A DNA stretch of 64,000 nucleotides from Alkalispirochaeta sp. (GCA_965601925.1 OZ271854.1:4704001-4768000); one strand, 5' to 3'. Positions 9,334 to 19,512 are shown, counted from the first letter of the stretch. Translations and numbers: made by a program. Notes: generated by a model not told the origin, from the sequence alone.

Positions 9334-10700
9334 TGGTCGTCCTCAAGTTCGGCGGGACGAGCGTGCGCGACGCCGAGTGGATCGGACGCGCACTCGACAT
9401 CGCATCGTCTCGTCTTACGGAGGCGGCGGTCATGGTCAGCTCCGCCATGGGCAAAACTACCGATCACCTCGTAGCGCTCGGAAAATCGGCACAACGGGGT
9501 GCAAGCGAGGAGGTCGACGCCGGCCGTTGTTCAATCGAAAGCTCCCATCGAGACACCCTACAGACGCTCACACCGGGGCTCTCGGACTCCCGACGCAGCT
9601 GGTGGCGCGCCCGGCTCGACGAATGCCTGGACGAACTGGAGGCGTTGCTCCGCGGCGTCCTTCTTATTCGTGACGTGAGTCCGCGTTCGTCCGACGCACT
9701 TCTCTCTTTCGGCGAGCGCTTATCGACGATCGTAATCGCCGCCGCCGCCGAAGCGCGCGATATCCCGACGACACTCCTTGACAGTCGCCGGTTAGTGCAT
9801 ACCGACGATGGGTACGGCTCGGCGCGCCCCGATTTCGACAAGACGCGTGACGCAATCGTCGAGGCGGTCCCCAAAAGACCGGGCCTGCTGTACATCGCCC
9901 AAGGATTTCTCGGCTCGACCGGGGACGGTATTACTACCACACTCGGCCGCGGAGGCTCGGATTTTTCCGCCACCATTTTCGGAGCATCCCTGGACGCCGA
10001 TCGCGTTGAAATCTGGACCGATGTGGACGGCATCATGACCGCCGATCCGCGTCTGATACCGCACGCGCGCACCATTCCGGAGGTGAGTTACGGCGAGGCG
10101 GCGGAGTTGGCGTACTTCGGCGCACGCGTCATACACCCCGCGACGATGGTGCCGGCGGTGGAACGCAAGATCCCCCTCATCGTTTGCAATACCGCCGATC
10201 CCGCGGGGCCGCAGACGCGAATCGTTGCGCGGCCCGAGACGACCGGTTTGCGCGCCGTCGCCGGGCGTACGGGTGTCACGATCATCACCGTGCACTCGAG
10301 CCGCATGCTCAACGCGTGGGGGTTCTTGAGCCGAATGTTCCGCGTATTCGAGAATCACCGGGTAAGCGTCGACTTAATCGCGACGAGCGAGGTTTCCGTC
10401 TCGGTGTCGGTCGACGTTCCGACGCCCCCTTCGGCCATGATCTCCGAGTTGGCGGAGCTGGGGCGCGTAACGATCGACTCCGACAAGGCCGTGGTATCGT
10501 TGGTGGGCGAACGGCTATGGCGCGATCCCGCACTGATTCGCGACGTGTTCGAGTCGGTTTCACGCACCGACGGCCCCCACGTCGAGATGGTCAGCCTCGG
10601 CTCGTCGGATACCAATCTCTCACTCGTCGTACCGCACCATATGTATAAACCGGTGATACGACAGTTGCACCAACGGTTTTTCGACTTCTCAGCGCGATAG
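9333..10700 (+). CDS. lysC: Aspartate kinase
   Basis: LKFGGTSV, SAMGKTTD, GERLS, TTLGRGGSDFSA, WTDVDG, two ACT domains; TGATG overlap with asd. Confidence 0.95.
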   Translation: MVVLKFGGTSVRDAEWIGRALDIASSRLTEAAVMVSSAMGKTTDHLVALGKSAQRGASEEVDAGRCSIESSHRDTLQTLTPGLSDSRRSWWRARLDECLDELEALLRGVLLIRDVSPRSSDALLSFGERLSTIVIAAAAEARDIPTTLLDSRRLVHTDDGYGSARPDFDKTRDAIVEAVPKRPGLLYIAQGFLGSTGDGITTTLGRGGSDFSATIFGASLDADRVEIWTDVDGIMTADPRLIPHARTIPEVSYGEAAELAYFGARVIHPATMVPAVERKIPLIVCNTADPAGPQTRIVARPETTGLRAVAGRTGVTIITVHSSRMLNAWGFLSRMFRVFENHRVSVDLIATSEVSVSVSVDVPTPPSAMISELAELGRVTIDSDKAVVSLVGERLWRDPALIRDVFESVSRTDGPHVEMVSLGSSDTNLSLVVPHHMYKPVIRQLHQRFFDFSAR

Positions 10701-10755
10701 ATTTCGGCTACTGTATACGTTCCACGGTAACGTCGTGCGGGGTGCGGTTTTGAGT

Positions 10756-11139
10756 ATGGATCTGTGGTATAAACTGGATACGATAGTACGTTCCTGGGTC
10801 GCGGAGACGAAATCGGATCCGACGGTGGAACCCGAAGCGTGGGCTGAACTAGAATCATTTTTGCGCCGAGAATTCGACTTCGGCAAAGCCGGCCAAACGG
10901 GAGCACAGTCCGGGCGCGCATACGCACCGCTACCGACGGATGTGCGCCAAGCGTTTCTTGATCTCGAGATCGAACCGGGGGCGAGTATACAAGAAGCGCG
11001 GAAGGCGTATCGGCGCCTTTTGGTGCAGTACCATCCGGATCGGCACAACGCGGACCCCGATCGGTACGACACCGCCGTGGAGATTACAAAAAGGCTGACC
11101 CTGGCATACCAGCGTATCTGCGTATACCATGGTAGTTGA
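10756..11139 (+). CDS. Small protein with C-terminal J domain
   Basis: RKAYRRLLVQYHPD (HPD motif). Confidence 0.85.
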   Translation: MDLWYKLDTIVRSWVAETKSDPTVEPEAWAELESFLRREFDFGKAGQTGAQSGRAYAPLPTDVRQAFLDLEIEPGASIQEARKAYRRLLVQYHPDRHNADPDRYDTAVEITKRLTLAYQRICVYHGS

Positions 11140-11151
11140 AGGAGGACCGGT

Positions 11152-12210
11152 ATTACAGCTCGCATCGCCGCAGTGAGTCTTACGGCTTTTCTGCTCAACG
11201 CTCTTCTAACGCCGGTGATACTGCACTTCTCGCACCGCTTCAAATGGTACGATGACCACAACTCCCGAAAAATACATACCGAAGCGACGCCGCGCATAGG
11301 TGGTATCGGCATCTTCATCGCATTCGTCGTTGCTTCGACGTTGGGGCTCGTCATGCTCCGGGACGCCGTCGCCCAATGGCCGCCCGCCCCGTCGATCCTG
11401 ATGTTGTTGGCGGGTCTCGCCTTAATACACGGTTTGGGTGTGTATGACGACTTCGTCAACCTGCCGGCAATCATCAAGTTCGTGGTTCAACTCGTGGCCG
11501 GCGGTCTCGTTGCCCTCTCCGGAGCGGTGCTCCGGGTGATAGAGTTGCCGATGGTTGGTACCATTACCCTCCCGAGCTGGCTGGCCGTTATCGCCACCGC
11601 CCTTTGGGTCGTCTCGATCGCGAACGCGGTCAACCTCATCGACGGCGCGGACGGTTTGGCGGGCGGGGTCTCGCTCTTCGTGGCCCTCTTCATGGGGTTG
11701 ATCGCCGCGGGGCAAGGCAACGTCGCCACCGCGATATTCGCCTTTGCGTTAGTGGGGAGTCTCGCCGGGTTTCTCCTGTTTAACTTTCCGCCGGCACGAA
11801 TATTCATGGGCGACGGCGGATCACTGACGCTCGGCTACCTTCTGGCGGTACTCCCCCTACTCGGCCTGCGGGGTGGGGAGCTCGGCACGACGCCGATCGC
11901 CATATTTCCGGTATTGACGCTCCTGTACGTCCCGATCGTCGATACGATTCTGGCGATCACCAGGCGAGCATTCCGTGGCCTCCCTCTGCACGCGGCGGAC
12001 AAGGAGCACATTCACCACCGTCTCATCGACCGTGGGTTCTACGGACGTCGTTTGCTGGCGGTCGTATATAGCGGGATGATTATTCTCGGCTTTACCGCGA
12101 TGGCGTGGTTCGTCGTTCCGCTCAGAATGGGTACGCTGATAACCCTCACGGTGTGGGTCGTCGCATTTGTATCGATCGCTCTCATCGACGGAAAGATGCG
12201 CCGCTCCTGA
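11152..12210 (+). CDS. MraY/WecA-family (GT4) undecaprenyl-phosphate GlcNAc-1-phosphate transferase
   Basis: RKIH..TPRIGG, GVYDD, NAVNLIDGADGL, NFPPARIFMGDGG, HIHHRL. Start is ATT 11152 (after AGGAGGA) or GTG 11173. Confidence 0.9.
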   Translation: MTARIAAVSLTAFLLNALLTPVILHFSHRFKWYDDHNSRKIHTEATPRIGGIGIFIAFVVASTLGLVMLRDAVAQWPPAPSILMLLAGLALIHGLGVYDDFVNLPAIIKFVVQLVAGGLVALSGAVLRVIELPMVGTITLPSWLAVIATALWVVSIANAVNLIDGADGLAGGVSLFVALFMGLIAAGQGNVATAIFAFALVGSLAGFLLFNFPPARIFMGDGGSLTLGYLLAVLPLLGLRGGELGTTPIAIFPVLTLLYVPIVDTILAITRRAFRGLPLHAADKEHIHHRLIDRGFYGRRLLAVVYSGMIILGFTAMAWFVVPLRMGTLITLTVWVVAFVSIALIDGKMRRS

Positions 12211-12228
12211 TCGGTCGCCAAGAGAGAT

Positions 12229-13578
12229 CTACTCGAGGCCGTATTCCACGATCTTGCGATGGAGCGTTTTACGACCGATGCCGAGCAGCTCGGCCGTTCG
12301 TGTTTTGTTTCCGTTCTGCGCCGCCAACGTGGAGCGAATGATCTCGCGCTCCGCCTCGTCGAGAGTGCTTCCCAGCGTGATTTTGATCGAATCGCTCTCG
12401 TCGGCGCCTCGATTGATCGAGGGCGGCAAGTCTTCGAGGGTAATGATCGTACCCTTGGCCATAACCACCGCACTCTCGACCGTATTGCGGAGTTCCCGCA
12501 CGTTTCCGGGCCAATGATACTTGTGCAGAGCGGCGCGCGCACGCGCGTCGATACCCTCTACCGGCTTATTGTTCTCCTTCGCAAACTCTTTTATGAATGA
12601 GGCGATCAAGAGCGGAATGTCTTCTTTGCGGTCGCGCAGAGGAGGAACGTGAATGTTGACGACATTGAGGCGATAAAAGAGGTCCTCGCGAAAGCGCCCC
12701 TCCTCAATTTCGGTGCGTAGATCGCGATTCGTAGCCGAGACGATTCTGACATCGACCGAAAGCGTCTCTTCGCCCCCCACACGCTCGAACTGCTTCTCTT
12801 GTATGACCCGTAGAATTTTGATTTGCACGCTCTGATTGATCTCTCCGATCTCATCGAGAAAGATCGTACCCGTATTCGCAAGCTCAAATCGCCCCCGTTT
12901 TCGGCCGATCGCACCGGTAAAGGCACCCTTCTCGTGGCCGAAAAGCTCGCTTTCCAGAAGGGCTTCCGAGAGGGCGGCGCAATGCACCTTGACCAGAGGC
13001 TTATCGGGACGATCGGAGAGGCGGTGAATCGAGTCGGCGATGAGTTCTTTCCCGACGCCGCTCTCCCCAGTAATGAGGACCGACGCCTTGGTGGAGGCCA
13101 CCTGTCTGACGACCTCCATGACCCGGTGCATCTCGGCACTCTTCCCGACGATGACCGACGCCTGGCGGTGGCTGTCCAACTCGTGCTGCAACTGCCGGTG
13201 TTGCAGCACGAGTTCCCGCGTCGAGAGGGCTCGCTTGGCCAAAAGAGAGAGTCGATCGAGCGAGACCGGCTTGGTGAGAAAATCGTACGCGCCGCTTCTC
13301 ATCGCCTCTACCGCGGTCTCGATCGTGCCGTGGCCGGTGAGAATGATGACCGGTACCGTCGGGTACTGATCCACGACACGGCGCAGGAGCTCTTCGCCGG
13401 ATATCCTGGGCATTTTGAGATCGGCGATCACCAAGTCGATCTCCTCGTCGCGCATTACGTTCAACGCCTCTTGGCCGTCGGCGGCCAGGAACGCGCGATA
13501 TCCGTCGAGCTCCAGTGCACGCGCGAGACCGGAGCGAATGTTTTTCTCATCGTCGACGATCAGCACATTGAATGTCAT
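12229..13578 (-). CDS. Sigma54-dependent NtrC-family response regulator (Rrp2-like)
   Basis: REC domain, GESGVGKE, ESELFGHEKGAFTGA, FREDLFYRLNV, WPGNVREL, Fis-type HTH; ATGA overlap with the kinase stop. Confidence 0.95.
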   Translation of the reverse strand: MTFNVLIVDDEKNIRSGLARALELDGYRAFLAADGQEALNVMRDEEIDLVIADLKMPRISGEELLRRVVDQYPTVPVIILTGHGTIETAVEAMRSGAYDFLTKPVSLDRLSLLAKRALSTRELVLQHRQLQHELDSHRQASVIVGKSAEMHRVMEVVRQVASTKASVLITGESGVGKELIADSIHRLSDRPDKPLVKVHCAALSEALLESELFGHEKGAFTGAIGRKRGRFELANTGTIFLDEIGEINQSVQIKILRVIQEKQFERVGGEETLSVDVRIVSATNRDLRTEIEEGRFREDLFYRLNVVNIHVPPLRDRKEDIPLLIASFIKEFAKENNKPVEGIDARARAALHKYHWPGNVRELRNTVESAVVMAKGTIITLEDLPPSINRGADESDSIKITLGSTLDEAEREIIRSTLAAQNGNKTRTAELLGIGRKTLHRKIVEYGLE

Positions 13579-14750
13579 GACGTCGGTGAGTCCTCCCACC
13601 CGATGAGATGCTTCTCCCGTTGCGGAAGCGGCAGGGTGATGGTGAAGGTCGTACCGTGCCCCTCTTTGGAAATCACCGAAATATCGCCCATATGTTCCTT
13701 AATCACCTTGTAAACCAACGTCAGACCGATGCCGCTTCCGAAATCCTTGGTCGTGAAATAGGGCTCGAAAATCTTGTCCCGTACATCGTCGCTCATTCCG
13801 ATCCCGTTGTCGCTGATACGTAACAGCGCCTGGTCTCCCCGCACCTGGGTGCTCACACGGAGCATACCCCCCTCCGGCATGGCCGAGATCGCATTCTTGA
13901 CGAGATTCATAAGCGCCTGTTTGAGATATTTAGGATCGATTCTGAGGCGCGGGAGCCGCTCGTCCAAGTCTTTGACGAGTTCAATCTCGGCCTGTTCCAA
14001 CTCGTACTGCACGAAATTGAGTAAATCCTCGACGAGCACATTGAGGTGTCCGTCTTCCAAATGGGTATTCATGGGCCGCACGGCAAAGAGAAAATCGACG
14101 ACGATTTTGTTAAGCCGGTCGATCTCCTCATCGATTACCGATAAATAGCTCCGTATCGGCGAGGCGTGCTCCTCGTCGATGCGCGCGACCACCTTCTCGA
14201 TCAGCTGCGTGTGGATACCGATCGATCCGAGGGGATTTTTGATCTCGTGCGCTACACCCGCCGCCAACGTCGTGAGGCTCGCGAGGCTTTCCGCTCGCCG
14301 GAGGCGCGCCTCGCGTCCGCGCTTCTCGGAGATATCTACGATTTGCAAGATGCTCCCCCTGATATGACCGGCTTGAACCAGTGGGATGATACTGCACGAG
14401 AGGATACGGGTAGTTCCGCCGCTATCCAAAGCAAACTCGCGATCCGAGACGGACTCGTCGTTCTCCAATGTGTCGTGCACGAAGGCGGCGATATCCTCGT
14501 CGGCGATGACGCGCCATATCGGCCGGTCGCCTATAATGCGGCCCGGTACCAACGGAATGAGTCGTTCCGCCGCCTTGTTGACCAGCATCAATCGGTGAGA
14601 TTCATCGACGACGATGACGCCGTCGTTCATCGAATCGAGTACGACCGCGATGCGTTCGTTTTCCTCCGCAACGGTCGCCAGCAGCTGTTCGACCTGCTTA
14701 CTGTCGAGTTTCGGCAGCTTCGCAAGGGCCCGACGTACAAAGCCCCTCAC
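13575..14750 (-). CDS. Soluble PAS-domain histidine kinase (Hk2-like)
   Basis: PAS-like region, AHEIKNPL H-box, NLVKNA, DNGIGM, PYFTTK..GSGIGL. Confidence 0.93.
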   Translation of the reverse strand: MRGFVRRALAKLPKLDSKQVEQLLATVAEENERIAVVLDSMNDGVIVVDESHRLMLVNKAAERLIPLVPGRIIGDRPIWRVIADEDIAAFVHDTLENDESVSDREFALDSGGTTRILSCSIIPLVQAGHIRGSILQIVDISEKRGREARLRRAESLASLTTLAAGVAHEIKNPLGSIGIHTQLIEKVVARIDEEHASPIRSYLSVIDEEIDRLNKIVVDFLFAVRPMNTHLEDGHLNVLVEDLLNFVQYELEQAEIELVKDLDERLPRLRIDPKYLKQALMNLVKNAISAMPEGGMLRVSTQVRGDQALLRISDNGIGMSDDVRDKIFEPYFTTKDFGSGIGLTLVYKVIKEHMGDISVISKEGHGTTFTITLPLPQREKHLIGWEDSPTS

Positions 14751-15973
14751 CGACTACCTCCGCCGATCGCGGTTTCCGCCGTCCGTTTCATCGACAGTAC
14801 GAGGGACGCCAACACGGATTGAGGATTCATATTGCGCACGGCGATGCGGTCCCAATGAACTTGGATAAGCCGACTCCACGCCGTATATCGACGACGCCCC
14901 TCCTCATCGAGGGCCGGAAGCTCGCCGCGCAGCTCTTCCGACAGAGCATCGAGGTAGTACTCCGCTCCGGCACGGGGCTGGACGGAGGCCATCTGAGAAC
15001 GAAGCCCCGACTCGATGTCCGATATTGAGCCGTCGCCGTACACAACGCGCAGCGTCCGCTGAGCAAGGTCGCGCCACGACCGCTCCGCTGCGCCGCGGCG
15101 ACGAAAAAAGTCCTGTAGCCGCGAATGCTCCGGCTCCTCTACGCGGAAAATCCGCCGCTGTACATCTTCCTGCGTCGAGACTGGGCGCTCCGGAAGTGTA
15201 TAGACTCGCAAACGCGAGAGAAGTGTCGGAATAACGGCCGAACGCCGAGAAGAGGTAAGAATGAAGTAGACGTCCGTCGGGGGCTCCTCGAGCAGTTTGA
15301 GCATTGCGTTCCGCGATCCTTCCTGCAGAGTGTGTGCCTCCTCGAGGATGAGGACCTTTTTCCCCGCCGCGGCCGATAGGTGTGCCCACGAACCGACGGC
15401 ACGAACCAGATCGACCGGTACCGGATCGTGAGGAAGGTTTCGGCGCAAACGGTCGGTGCTGCGCGATATCTCCTCGGCGAAGATGCTCAGCGCCTTGCCC
15501 TCCAGATGTTCCCACGGCGCGTCGGATATCTCCGACGGCTCGACACGCGCGAGCACCTCCTCGATACCGTCGACGACCGGACGCGCCTTGGAGAGTCGCG
15601 CCTCGGGCCACAGGAACGGGTCGAAGCGCCGAATCAGCTTACGAACGGCGCGCACCAGAAGAAATGCGGTACCGGAGCGCCGTTCTCTCCGAAACGCGTC
15701 GAGAGCGGCGTCGATCTCAAGGTCGAAGTACCGCTCCCCGGCAAGCACCGTATCGTGATGTTGGAGGGTGCGTTGTAATCGACACGACTTACACGTGCAG
15801 TTCCAACGGCCCGTCTCACGACATGTGAGGCCGCGAGCAACCTCGAAAGCGACTGAGGACTTTCCGCCGTACTTCGCACCGGCGATGAGAATCGCCTGGG
15901 GCAACCGACCGGATCGTATGTCGTGTTCGAGATCGCGCGTAACGTGGTCGTGACCGAGAATGTTTTCAAACAT
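14747..15973 (-). CDS. DNA polymerase III delta-prime-like AAA+ protein
   Basis: MFENILGH, degenerate Walker A, C..WNCTCKSC zinc motif, NAMLKLLEEPP, TLLSR. Confidence 0.8.
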   Translation of the reverse strand: MFENILGHDHVTRDLEHDIRSGRLPQAILIAGAKYGGKSSVAFEVARGLTCRETGRWNCTCKSCRLQRTLQHHDTVLAGERYFDLEIDAALDAFRRERRSGTAFLLVRAVRKLIRRFDPFLWPEARLSKARPVVDGIEEVLARVEPSEISDAPWEHLEGKALSIFAEEISRSTDRLRRNLPHDPVPVDLVRAVGSWAHLSAAAGKKVLILEEAHTLQEGSRNAMLKLLEEPPTDVYFILTSSRRSAVIPTLLSRLRVYTLPERPVSTQEDVQRRIFRVEEPEHSRLQDFFRRRGAAERSWRDLAQRTLRVVYGDGSISDIESGLRSQMASVQPRAGAEYYLDALSEELRGELPALDEEGRRRYTAWSRLIQVHWDRIAVRNMNPQSVLASLVLSMKRTAETAIGGGSR

Positions 15974-16452
15974 CAGGCGTGCATACTCATGATTCTTTCG
16001 GCGTACGGCAATAGCGGCAGCATGAAACCCGCAATCACACTATCGGATAATATACGCCCAGCGTCGAAAATCGGCTGCACCCGCAGCAACAGAACCGACA
16101 CGAATACGGCGAGGAGCCCCTCGGCGATACCGAGAAAAAAACCGAGCGCGCGGTCCAAACTCTCCAGGTTGATGCGCTCCACCAGACGGTTGAGCGCGTT
16201 TTCGAAGAGTTTGACGAGAATGTATACACCTAGAAACAACCCGAGAAAGGCGATAACCTGCGCCCAGGGCCCCTCTCCGAGCCATGGGCGAAGATACCCG
16301 GCGACCAGGCCCGAAAAGAGCACCGCGACGGCTATACCTGCAATAACCGCAGCCATGGACATGAACTCGCGCACGAAACCGCGGATGCCGGCTCGCAACG
16401 CGGCGAACACGGTAAGGGCTATAAACACGACATCGAGACCCGATAACTCCAC
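15973..16452 (-). CDS. cvpA: CvpA family membrane protein
   Basis: LDVVF...RGFVRE and LDRALGFFLG motifs, four hydrophobic segments; GTG start next to the murG stop. Confidence 0.88.
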   Translation of the reverse strand: MELSGLDVVFIALTVFAALRAGIRGFVREFMSMAAVIAGIAVAVLFSGLVAGYLRPWLGEGPWAQVIAFLGLFLGVYILVKLFENALNRLVERINLESLDRALGFFLGIAEGLLAVFVSVLLLRVQPIFDAGRILSDSVIAGFMLPLLPYAERIMSMHA

Positions 16453-16453
16453 C

Positions 16454-17590
16454 CTACGGCTCCTCTCCACCAGAAAGTACCGCCTTCGGACGGACGCGGA
16501 CAGCGATTTCCGCGGCAATGCGCTGCGCAGCGTCGCGTACGGGCCAATCGTACGCCGCCCGCTCCATATCGAGACGACGCTCATCGTCTCGGAGCAGGGA
16601 GCGTATCGCCGCCTCCAATGCGTCGGGCTCCAAGTCGGGGCTTTCCAACACGATCGCCGCGCCGGCGCGGCGATAACGCTCCGCGTTCCGCAGTTGGTCG
16701 CCCCGCGAAGAGCCTGCGGAGAGGGGAATGAGCACCGACGCACGCCCGCACACGGCGATCTCCCAGATCGTCCCGGCGCCGGCACGGGCGACGACCACGT
16801 CGGCACGGTGGAGTAACGCCGGAAACGACGCGTCGAACCGGCTCGCGCCGTGATATCTCCCGGGGTGCGCCCGGCGGGCGATTTCGGGAATCATAGATGA
16901 GCCCGCCTCGCCGGTCTGATGAACCACGACGGCGTAGCTCGTCACCCGGCTTACGATCTCTTGCACGAGAAGATTGATCTGCCGCGCTCCCAACGATCCG
17001 CCGGTGACGAGCACCACCGGCAGGCTATCCTCGGCAATACCGATGGAGGAGAGTGCGCCGTTCCGATCGACATCGAAAAACGCCTCTCGCACCGGATTAC
17101 CGCTTACCACGACGCGATCACGCACGCTACGCGGAAAGGCGTGAACCGAATCTGCGTACGGCACCAAGATCCGTTCCGCCAGCGGAGCGGTGATACGCGT
17201 TGCCAACCCCGGATCGGCGTCCGATTCGTGGATGAGGACGGGAATCCGCCGCACTCGTGCGGCGAGGACGACCGGCACGGCGACGAATCCACCCTTTGAG
17301 AACACGAGGCACGCGCGTAAGGTTCCAAGCAGACGCCATGCGGCGAGCACTCCGGCAATGACGCGAAAGGCGTCGAGGAGATTCTCGATATCGAAGTATC
17401 GACGGAGTTTGCCTGCGGGGACGGCACGATACTCGATCCCCGCCCGTCTCACGATTGAACGCTCGATCCCTCGATGCGATCCGATCCATACCACGCGGGA
17501 TTGTAAGGTTTGAGGAAGGGCGCGCACTACGGAGATGCCGGGAAAGACGTGACCGCCGGTGCCCCCTCCGGTAAAAACAACGGTTCTCAT
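16454..17590 (-). CDS. murG: Undecaprenyl-PP-MurNAc-pentapeptide GlcNAc transferase
   Basis: FTGGGTGGHVFP, GKLRRY, KGGFVAVP, HESD..PG, GGSLGA, RAGAGT, DQLRNA. Confidence 0.96.
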   Translation of the reverse strand: MRTVVFTGGGTGGHVFPGISVVRALPQTLQSRVVWIGSHRGIERSIVRRAGIEYRAVPAGKLRRYFDIENLLDAFRVIAGVLAAWRLLGTLRACLVFSKGGFVAVPVVLAARVRRIPVLIHESDADPGLATRITAPLAERILVPYADSVHAFPRSVRDRVVVSGNPVREAFFDVDRNGALSSIGIAEDSLPVVLVTGGSLGARQINLLVQEIVSRVTSYAVVVHQTGEAGSSMIPEIARRAHPGRYHGASRFDASFPALLHRADVVVARAGAGTIWEIAVCGRASVLIPLSAGSSRGDQLRNAERYRRAGAAIVLESPDLEPDALEAAIRSLLRDDERRLDMERAAYDWPVRDAAQRIAAEIAVRVRPKAVLSGGEEP

Positions 17591-17628
17591 ATTGTACCAG
17601 GATTCCGATCGTTGTACGGTACGGTACC

Positions 17629-18396
17629 ATGCGACACGTGAATACTGCAATTCTGATTCTGACGGCCGTCGTCGCGCCGTTCGTGCTCGAAGCTCAACAG
17701 AGCGGAGAAAGGCAACTTGCCGACGGACGGAGCAGTTTTTATCGCGACACGGTCGAGACCGCCCTGGCGCCCGAGTCTCCGTTTCTCGCGGAGATAAGGG
17801 ACGATCTCTCCGAGTTGGCGCCTGAAGTCGGTATCGAAATCTCGCTGCCCATTCCCGTCGACCCGATCGTATTCTCGGAGGGCGGCATCTTAGAGGTATA
17901 CAACATACTCAGGAGCGTCAGCACGATGGAGGGCATCGAGTACTACTCCGCGAGCCGCGATGAGATGCGCATCTTCTATCGGGAGAGCTACGCGATAGAA
18001 GACCCGGACGGTCGAGCGCGCATTCCCGATCCCTTTGTCGACGAAATCCCCGAACGCTCGCAGATTTTCGCCTACCAGCGCGACGGATCGTTCGGGCGCA
18101 ATGTGCAACGCTTGGAGTACGCGTTTCAAGACGGAGAGACGCTCCTGCGCATCGAAAACGTCACTACGATGACCTACAGAGTCTTTCCTCTTGTCGCACC
18201 GGGTAACTTGCGGACTTTTCTTCTGATACAGCCCGACCGCGAGGCGGGAGTACTCCACTTCTACGGTAATTTGGCGGTTCGCGTCCCGGCGCTGTTCGGT
18301 ATGGAGGAACGCTCTCAGAACAGCTTTTACAACCGCATCGTCGCACTCCACGCGTGGTTTACCGATCAGCTGGATAGTAGAGGCCTTCTACGTTAA
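17629..18396 (+). CDS. Exported hypothetical protein (resembles spirochaete DUF6675-type proteins)
   Basis: Signal peptide, STMEGIEYYSASR and SFYNR motifs; the family assignment is from recollection only. Confidence 0.65.
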   Translation: MRHVNTAILILTAVVAPFVLEAQQSGERQLADGRSSFYRDTVETALAPESPFLAEIRDDLSELAPEVGIEISLPIPVDPIVFSEGGILEVYNILRSVSTMEGIEYYSASRDEMRIFYRESYAIEDPDGRARIPDPFVDEIPERSQIFAYQRDGSFGRNVQRLEYAFQDGETLLRIENVTTMTYRVFPLVAPGNLRTFLLIQPDREAGVLHFYGNLAVRVPALFGMEERSQNSFYNRIVALHAWFTDQLDSRGLLR

Positions 18397-18431
18397 CGGA
18401 AATCTAACACGATCTTAACAGAGGACTTACT
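18393..18431 (+). promoter_or_regulatory. Pho box-like direct repeats upstream of pstS
   Basis: TTAACG (18393), CTAACA (18404), TTAACA (18415), CTTACT (18426): exact 11-bp period. Confidence 0.75.
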
Positions 18432-18497
18432 CGCACGCTATTGGATAGCGGTCGTACGCCGTAGGGCGGATTTACAATCCTTAAGGGGGATAGCTAC

Positions 18498-19481
18498 ATG
18501 AAGAAAGCTATTGTTGTGCTGAGCATGCTTTTGATTGCCGGGCTCGTATTTGCCGGTGGTCAGCAAGACGGTGGAGAGGCGGCCGAGGGCCCCTGGAGCT
18601 GGGTCATTGACGGAGGTGACTTCCCGCAGGTAAACGCCCTTGCCGTACAGGGCAACGTTATTACCGCCGGTAGTTCTACCGTATTTCCCGCCGCCGAGTA
18701 CCTGGCCGCGCAGTTCCAGGACGAAGGTTACAGCGGCAACATTACGATCGACAGCATCGGTTCCGGTGGCGGTTTCGAGCGCTTTACCAACGGAGAGACC
18801 GACGTTTCCAACGCCAGCCGCGCCATTCGCGACAGCGAAGTCGAGGCCGCACGTGCCATCGGTCGCGAGCCGATCGAGTTTCGCATCGGTACCGACGCCC
18901 TCGCGGTTGTCGTTAACCCCGAGAACGACTGGGTAGACAACGCGTCCATCGAGGATCTCGCCACGATCATGACCGCCGATCGTTGGAGCGACATCGATCC
19001 GAGCTGGCCCGACCAGCCGGTACTTAAGTTCATCCCCGGCACCGACAGCGGCACGTTCGACTACTTCGTAGAAGAGGTGTTCGACGAGGATGCCGAGCCC
19101 CTTCTCGCGTCCAACAACGTGCAGCTCTCGGAAGATGACAACATCCTGGTACAGGGCGTCGAAGGCAGCCCCTACGCGATCGGGTTCTTCGGATACGCGT
19201 TCTACGCCAACGAGGGTGAAGCGCTTAAGATCCTCAGCATCGAGGATGTCGTGGCCAACACCGCGAATGTAGATAACGGTAGCTATCCGCTGGCTCGCCC
19301 GCTGTTCATGTACAGCGACGCCACCATCATGCGCGAGAAGCCGCAGGTCGCCGCATGGCTCGCCTACGTGCTCAACAACGCTCGCGATGGTATGCTTGGT
19401 GTCGGCTACTTCGAAGCGCCCGCTTCCGCCATCGAAGAGGGTCGGCAAGCGTGGCTTGACGCCGTCGGCGACGCGTTCTAG
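18498..19481 (+). CDS. pstS: Phosphate ABC transporter substrate-binding protein
   Basis: Signal peptide, AGSSTVFP, GSGGGF, NASR, DSGTFDYF, YPLARPLFMY. Confidence 0.95.
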   Translation: MKKAIVVLSMLLIAGLVFAGGQQDGGEAAEGPWSWVIDGGDFPQVNALAVQGNVITAGSSTVFPAAEYLAAQFQDEGYSGNITIDSIGSGGGFERFTNGETDVSNASRAIRDSEVEAARAIGREPIEFRIGTDALAVVVNPENDWVDNASIEDLATIMTADRWSDIDPSWPDQPVLKFIPGTDSGTFDYFVEEVFDEDAEPLLASNNVQLSEDDNILVQGVEGSPYAIGFFGYAFYANEGEALKILSIEDVVANTANVDNGSYPLARPLFMYSDATIMREKPQVAAWLAYVLNNARDGMLGVGYFEAPASAIEEGRQAWLDAVGDAF

Positions 19482-19512
19482 TCCGGGATCGAATCCCAAT
19501 CTATCCTGAACG

